Of a stretch of 64,000 nucleotides of DNA, positions 57,291 to 64,000 are shown in pieces. Origin of the DNA: Emiliania huxleyi CCMP1516 (lineage: Eukaryota). Under the pieces are notes generated by a model. That model did not search any database and had not been told where the DNA came from. It saw only the letters and a list, made by a program, of their open reading frames with translations. The position numbers were made by a program, and so were the translations under genes. The stretch covers positions 1,907,331 through 1,971,330 of the forward strand of contig NW_005202428.1 of the NCBI RefSeq assembly GCF_000372725.1, given 5' to 3'. How positions within the stretch are numbered: position 1 is the first letter of the stretch; each line of letters opens with the position of its first letter.

Positions 57291-58912
57291 CGCAACGTGG
57301 TTGGTCAATTGACACAGCGGCTAACTAACGGACGGTCATGACAGCTGCTGCGAACGACAGCAGCAACGACAGCAACAACGACAGCTGGCGACAGCGACGA
57401 CAGCTGGCGACAGCTGGTTGGTCACTGCTGGCGGATCAGGCTAACTCATTAGAGTCTAGAAGAATAGAGTCTAGAAGAATAGAAACGGCTTAGAATCCCG
57501 CCGTTGCAACTGCCATGTCACGGCCGGTCGGCTGCAGCTCTCGCCTCGCTGGCGGCGCGGTCTGGTGCCGCGGCGCCCAGCTCTCCTGTGGGCTCGCGGC
57601 GGCTCGCCGCCGCGGTGCCGAACAATGTGATCAGTCTGGATTCGTCCCGGCGTGCCGCCGGTGCCGCTTCCTCGCCAATTTTTGGCTCGACCAGTTTGTC
57701 GACAAAACTGTGCCAGAGCCCCTGCTGCTCGACTGAGCGGCGGAGCCGGCCCGTCGCGGCCGAGAGGCGGTGCGCCGACACCGGGGCTACGGCTCGGGAC
57801 CGTTTCCAGGCTCTCTCGAGCAACCTCAAATTTTGATGATTTCATGACCGCCACTTTGCTGCACACTTTGACCTCAACCTCGCGGCCCGCTGCGCGGCTC
57901 TCCGAGCGCGAGAGGTGGCGTCTGCGAGGTGGCGGCGAGCGCAGGCGGCGGCGGCGCGGCGGCGCGGCGGCGGATCGCGGCGCAGACAACGGCAGGAATC
58001 TGCGGCAGGCTGCTGCCTGCTGCTACAGCAGCTGCTGCTGCTGCTGCTGCTCCGCCGCTGCCGATTGTGGACACGATTCCCCCGATCACACCGCCCGCCC
58101 GCTCCGCCCCGCCCGCCCGCCTCTCCCCGCTTGCCCGCCCGCCCGCCCGCCCGCCCGCCCGCCCGCCCGCCCGACCACCCATTCCCATCACCATCTCACA
58201 TACCTTCATATAGGCGCTCGAGACCTCCTCTCGCTGCCTACTCGCTGCCTCGAGGGAGGAGGGGAAGACGTAGGGTTGAGCTGGACTCGCCTTTCCTGAG
58301 GCCCCTCCCCGAAAGGGCAAGTATTAGCCACACGAAATCCGAGACCCCTCCCCACCACCCCAATCCCCCCACCCCCTTGCTCCCCTCCCCCCCTCGGGAG
58401 GGCCGAACTGAGGCGCCCGAGGGGACCCCGCAATTCCCTTCCCCCCTCGGAGGGCCGGACTGAGGCGTCGAGGGCCCCACTCTTTCCTTCGCATAGCGGC
58501 CACTCTTCGGATCGCTGGTCGAGCGACCCGGGGGATGCCCCGCGCGCCTGACCCAGGCGCGGAAACGAATCTGCGAGGCGTGGCCGCTCATGCGGCCCGA
58601 TGGGGAGGAGGGGAAGACGTAGGGCGTGCTTGCGCGCCTTTCCGAGGCCCCTCCAACCCACCCGCGCTAGGTCTCGGGTTTGACGCATGGGGTCACTCCC
58701 GCGAAACCCGTGAACTAGCCGGGGCAGTCGGAGAAGGGGCAACTCCGTGCACTGACGGTCGGCCGTCAGAAAACACGCCTCCGTGGCTCGGGTTACACCA
58801 ATCCTCGCTACCCAACGCGGCCAAAGGATATCCACCTCGAGAACCTGAGAAGAAATAGAAAGAAGGCCGCACATGGCTCATCTGGATCTGTGGCATTGGC
58901 ATTCGGGCAGCG

Positions 58913-60460
58913 ATGCATCGCGTCGCCCGCGTTTGGTCGCAGTCGCAGGCCTCATGGGCGCGGCCGGCCCGTATTCGTATTTTTCTGCGCCAGCCCGCGA
59001 CCGCCACGGCCACACAAAGGGTGCCCCGCGAGTTCGCAGTGCCGGAGGTCGACGCCTTTGCGAAGGATGCGTTATTCGGCGAGTCACAGATAATTTCAAC
59101 CAAGTTCTTGGGTCAAAGCGTGCTCGCGTCGCCACTGCACCCGACGTTTGGCGTGCGTATCGACGGCTGCCGCCTCGCAGAACTGATGCACGACCCGCCG
59201 GCCCTCGCCACAACTCTGCGCCAGCTGCTGCAGTCGCAAAAGATGGTCGTCTTCAGCGGCCAGTCTGAGCTCGAGCCGGAGGCGCACGTCGCCCTGTGCA
59301 AGCTCCTCGGCGGCAGCGCCGGTCTCGACGACACCTTCAGCAGCAACCACGCCGCCGGCCTCTCCGAGGAGGAGGGAGGCCACTGGCCTGGCGACGGCGG
59401 CGGCGGCGGCCTGGCGCTGCGGCCGACGGCAAACGCGTACGAAGCCCTGCCGCCCGCCGTCTGGCCGATCTCGAACCAGCCCGATCGGGGCACCGTCAAC
59501 GCCGGCGACGGCGGCTTCCACTGCGACGGCGCCTGGTTCGGCGACCACTTTCGGTACATGTCGTTTTTGTGCCGCAGCCAGCTTTCTCACGGAGGAGGGC
59601 ACACCTTCTTCGCCTCGAGCGAGGCGCTGCTGCGGGCGCTGGGGCCGGAGGAGCGGCACTTCCTCGCGGGGGTGCTCGTCGAGTACACGGACCGGATGGT
59701 CTACCCCGGCGGCAACTCCATCAACCCGTCGGGCGGCAGACCGACCGTGATTCCTCTCGTCAGCGAGTCCGGGACTGGCGCCGACCGCCAGCTCGCAATC
59801 TCCGCCTTCCTCGACCCAAAGTACTGGCGGCGGGTCTACCTCTGCGACGCGGCGCGCGAGTCGAGCCCCGAGGCGCGGCGGCGCCTCTTCGCGCAGCCCT
59901 TCTGGCGCCAAATCGTCGGTGATGACTCGGCTGGCCGGCGGGGGGGCGAGAGTGCAGAGGCCATGTCGGCCGGGGCGGTGCAGGAGCTGGCGTGGGCGGA
60001 GGGGGCGGACATCCTCGAGGGCATCAACGTGCGGCTCGGGCCGGAGGCGCGGACGCATCTCGGCTGTGCCTCGGCTGTCCCTCGGCTGTATCTCACCCCC
60101 GAGCGGTGCCACCACAGGGCGTCGGTCGGCCCGACTCTGCACACAAGTCGCTCACGCTGAGCATGCAGTGGCGGGAGGGCGACCTCGGCTTCTACTGCAA
60201 CCGCACGCTCCTGCACCGCGCCTCGGCGGGCGCACGCAGCGGCGCGGGAGCCGTTCCCTCTTCTGTGTGATCCGCCTCCCCTCTCGACACCAGGCGAGCA
60301 CGCAGCGGCGAGAGAGCCACGGCGAGCCGGAGCTGCGCCTCATGCACCGCATCTCCATCAAGGGGGGAGGCACGCCGCCCTTCTACATGGCGCAACGTCG
60401 CGGAACAAGTCGCCTTGGCGCCGGTGCACCGCTCACCGCGTGTTGCGGCGTGACTTGTAG
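58913..60460 (+). CDS. TauD/TfdA-family 2-oxoglutarate/Fe(II) dioxygenase (multi-exon, 3' end approximate)
   Basis: PLHPTFGVRIDG, VVFSGQ, FHCDG (HxD), GGHTFFAS, WREGDLGFYCNRTLLHRA, RLMHRISIKG. Confidence 0.9.
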
Positions 60461-61023
60461 GCGCCGCCGCCGCGCCACGGACACGTCCACGCGGAGTGAC
60501 GTTTCTTCTCTCTCCTCCATCCATCCGCGCCTACTCCTCTCCCTCCCACGCTGTCGCGGCCGCCGCGCGCGGGGGAGGGGCTGGCCGAGGGGCGGGCCGG
60601 GAGAGCAGTCTCGGCCAGTCTCGGCTCCTGCGGCGCAAGCGCCGGAGGCATGTCTTGAGAGTGATCGAGCTGGGGCGGGGCCGCCCGTCGAGGCAGGGGA
60701 GGGGTCTATTTAGGTCGAGGAAAAGGGACGTTGTTGCTAGTACCGTAGTGGCGCGGTTCGCATGCTCACGTGTCGGAGACTCATTATTTGCCCAGGCGTA
60801 GTACAGTGTCGTCTCTTGGCAGCGCGGTATTGGTGTAGTGACTTGTGAGTTATGTGTGTGTGTGTGTGTCGCCCAGTCGCCAGTGGGCCCGTCGTCGCGG
60901 TGCTTGTCTCATGTCTGGGAAATGCATGCGCACATGAGAGTAGAGATACATATTGTGATACACGACAACAATTCATATTCGATCGCGGGACCGCGCGGCC
61001 ACGGGGACGAGTCATGAGAGATC

Positions 61024-63136
61024 TCAACCGCTGTGCGACTTTCCCAGCAGGCTACTCGCCGCCGCCACCGTCGCAGCTCCTCCCCCACCCGGGTGCACGC
61101 CCGCCGGCGCCATGCGGACGGCCTCCGCATGCGGCGAAGGCTGCGCCGACGGCAGCGAGCAGCTCGAGGTGTCCAAAGGGACGCGCGCCCTCAGCTGCGA
61201 GACGACGGCCCACTCGACGCGGAAAGCGCACCACTGCGCGCGCCGCAGCAGCTCGACGCAGCCGAGGAGGAGCACGACGTGCTGCTGCAGGATGCGCTGG
61301 TCGGGCGAGATGTAGACCGCCCAGCCCGCGCGTGCCACCGTGTTTGCGAGCGCGCCGACCTGGAACGAGCGGCGCGGGAAGAGGCGGCCATCGAGCGGGT
61401 CGGCCACTGCCGTCTCGCCCAAATATTGCGAGACTCCGAGGGCACGCGCGCCGACGGGGAAGCCCCAGTCCATGTAGAGGTCCCACCACGAGCAGTAGAG
61501 CGTCGAGATGACGGACATGGCGAGCCTAACGTCGTGGCCGGTATGACTGGGGCCGGGAGCACGGCATCGTGCAGTGTATCGAAGCAGCGCATCAACATCG
61601 AGTGAACATGCCGCCGAATGCGGCCGAGCACAGCGGAGTGCGTGCCGGCTCGAGTGCCAGTTCGAGTACACGGGGGTGTCTTGCGCATTCTAGCACGGCG
61701 AGCCAAGCGACGAAGACGCCGTCGCACTTGAAGAGGTCGGAGTCGGAGAGCAAGGAGAGCGCGACGACAGAGATGGCGCACCCGTACTTGAGCGAGTTGA
61801 AGACGTGCCTCACCTCGCCTACTCTCGGGCCGTCTCTCGGCTCGCACCCGCACCCGCAGCGGAGAGGCCGACGTGCTCCCGAGCGGCTCGCCTCCCAGGG
61901 CGAGCTGGCGCTGGCACTGCGCGAGTCGGAAGGCGAAGGGGCCGAGCGAGAGGAGCACCTGCGGGGAAGGCAGGCACACTCCTCCACACACGTCCAAGAC
62001 AGGAGCCGCGCGGCACCGAAAGCGCAAGGCCCGGCGCGCGTGGGTGAGGTGTGTGCGTGTGCGCGTGCGTGTGTGTGTGTGTGCGTGTGCAAGTAAGCGC
62101 CACCTTGCACGCAAAGTAGAGCCTCGACCCCTCGTTTGTGCACGTGTCTGACATGCCGACGGCGCGCGCTCTCTCTTCGTCGTACTCTATCTCGTACGCC
62201 TCGCCGGTGGCATAGAGGCAGCCTATGGCACGCATCGTGGACGTGTCGCGGACACACGCTGGGTCGCGAACGCCGGTGGCGCGGGGCGGCCGGTGCGCAG
62301 CAGGTCGAGGAAGAGCTTCGGCATGGAGCAGAGGACCTGATCACGGCTCGGAGCCGTGTGAGCGGGCGCAGCTCACAGGTCGAGGCCGAGCCGTGGCGTC
62401 GAGCGGAGCGCACGTCGGTGAGGATGGTGTCGGACAGCTCCGGCACGAGGAAGGGAGAGAGGAAGGTGCCTCGCGCCAACGAGCGGCAGAGCGCCGCGCG
62501 CTGCCTCGCGTCCCTCCACTCGGGCATCCAGTCAAACGGGAAGATCAGGAAGAGGAGCGAGGTGCCGGCGGCTATTGCGGGCCACGCGTGCTTGTATGGC
62601 GTGAGGTGGTCTGTGAGCGAGAGCACGTACAGCGCGAAGCAGCCAAAGACAAAGGACATGGCGAGGAATGAGAGGGTGACGATGGAGTGGTAGTTGTGCT
62701 GCTGTGGTACGCCCAGCACCGAGCGGTAGTCGACGTCGTGCCGCTTCCAGAGGAAGAGCACGATACCGTAGCACGAGCAGAAGAAGCAGATCAGGAACAG
62801 GCCGCGAAAGAGCGGGTAGTATCCGAGCGCAAACTCGTACATCGGACCGCCCTGCCGCTGCGCCGCCGCCATCAGCACGGCCGACATTAAGAACATCTGG
62901 AGCCCAAAGCCCGTCTGGAGGCCGAGCGAGAAGAAGCGCACCTTGATCTCATCGACAGACACGAGCCGCGGCCGCTCGTGTCCCACAGTGTCGAGAATCT
63001 TGCGCGGCACAACGTGCAAGTCGACGCTGCTTGCGCTCGGCTCCACACCGACAAGGCCACGCAGCGACGGGCTCGGCTGGTCAGGGAGGTCCGGTGTCGA
63101 GAAGAGCAGCGGCCGACGGTCTGCTGGCCCCAGCAT
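61024..63136 (-). CDS. EXS-family protein (XPR1/SYG1/PHO1/ERD1-like), multi-exon
   Basis: FRGLFL..WKRHDVDY, DTILTDVLCSM, PFAFRLAQC, HVFNSLKY, YCSWWDLYMDWG, ELLRRAQWCAFRVEW. Confidence 0.92.
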
Positions 63137-63229
63137 CCGGCTAAATCACAAAATGCGCGGCTCGACCAAAAAGAAATTTACCACGTTAAGCAAAAAAAGA
63201 ACTCAAGTTGCGAGAAGCGGCGAGAGACT

Positions 63230-63610
63230 GCGAAAAGAGATACAAAGAGGCAGACTCCCCAGGGTGGCGACGGCTAGCGCACCACACTCCTCTCCTTAAA
63301 ATCCCTGTGTGGTGGCGGCGTGCCGTTCTCCCATCCCTCCCTTGGGTTGTGTGTTTTCTTTCTTTCTTTCTACTCAAGTTGCATGGCATGACGCTGGGCA
63401 GGAAGGCTCCCCACTCCCGTTCCCCTGTGTCCCTGATCGTCCTTCCAAGATCCTGCTCGTGCAGGTGGGGACCCTGTCCTTCTCCCATCCCTCGTTTGAT
63501 TTGTCTGTTTTCTTTCTTTTTTACTGCTAAGATTTGGGCGAGGGATAGGGGAGGAGGACAGGGTCCCCACCTGCACGAGCAGGATTTTGGAAGGACGATC
63601 AGGGGCAACA
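63230..63610 (+). repeat. Family-C LINE tail copy followed by a ~49-bp inverted repeat
   Basis: 63236-63370 matches 44478-44620. CCTGATCGTCCTTCCAAGATCCTGCTCGTGCAGGTGGGGACCCTGTCCT (63432-63480) is inverted at 63555-63603. Confidence 0.8.
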
Positions 63611-63672
63611 GGTGGGGCTCTCCTGCTCCTGACAAGGATGACACGACAGGCCCGCAGCGCGGTCGGCACGGT

Positions 63673-63893
63673 CTGAGGGAGGGTGTAGAGGATGTAGAGT
63701 GTAGGAGCGCTGTAGAGCTGTAGAGATGTAGAGCGCTCTGGAGCGCTGTAGAGCTGTAGAGCTCTACATCCGCCGCGTGACGATGCGCCTGCGTTGTAGA
63801 GCGATGTAGAGCGCGATTTTGCTGTAGAGTTTGTTGTAGAGGCTCTACAGCCAAACCGCCGGGAAGGCAGTGACTCAAAGAGGTCGAGTCGCA
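63673..63893. mobile_element. One end of the CTCTACA-rich MITE family
   Basis: Reverse complement of ~16970-17193. Confidence 0.8.
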
Positions 63894-64000
63894 CTACCGT
63901 AAGGTACCGAACTTAAGGTAAGGTAGCTTGAGTTAGGGAGCCCTTTTCCTTTTACGGAACTCCTGTTTTAAGGTACCTAACTCCTGCTACCCCCCTTTGG

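Noticed and set aside
57530..58860. Gene in the GC-rich block upstream of the TauD-like gene
   Set aside because: Only low-complexity ORFs and short local duplications are present, with no supportable domain.

Overview
This is GC-rich eukaryotic nuclear DNA with short introns (many with GC donors), abundant microsatellites and one assembly gap. The style and gene set suggest a haptophyte alga such as Emiliania/Gephyrocapsa huxleyi, which is an inference and not proven. Recognisable host genes: S41/CtpA-like peptidase, an intronless bacterial-type N,N-dimethylformamidase-beta-like protein, Tic22-like, PLGG1/LrgB-like transporter, TM9SF/EMP70, metacaspase, SET-domain protein, OST-alpha/TMEM184, VMA12/TMEM199, CDC27/APC3, UFM1, TauD-like dioxygenase and an EXS-family protein, plus several hypotheticals. 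The most interesting content is mobile DNA. (1) A young non-autonomous LTR element (two 194-bp LTRs, 5-bp TSD, PBS- and PPT-like sites) carries only a ~15x108-bp hairpin-rich, stop-free array. (2) A TSD-bounded single-ORF LINE has a signal/TM-like N-terminus and an APE domain, with its RT internally deleted in frame. (3) A related LINE fragment has a chromodomain-like motif. (4) Nested TIR elements repeatedly hit the same LINE 3' hairpin. (5) SINE-like repeats share a CAAGTGCT tail. (6) Some introns begin with a near-copy of the following exon. Exon boundaries are approximate and all family calls come from motif recognition, not database searches.
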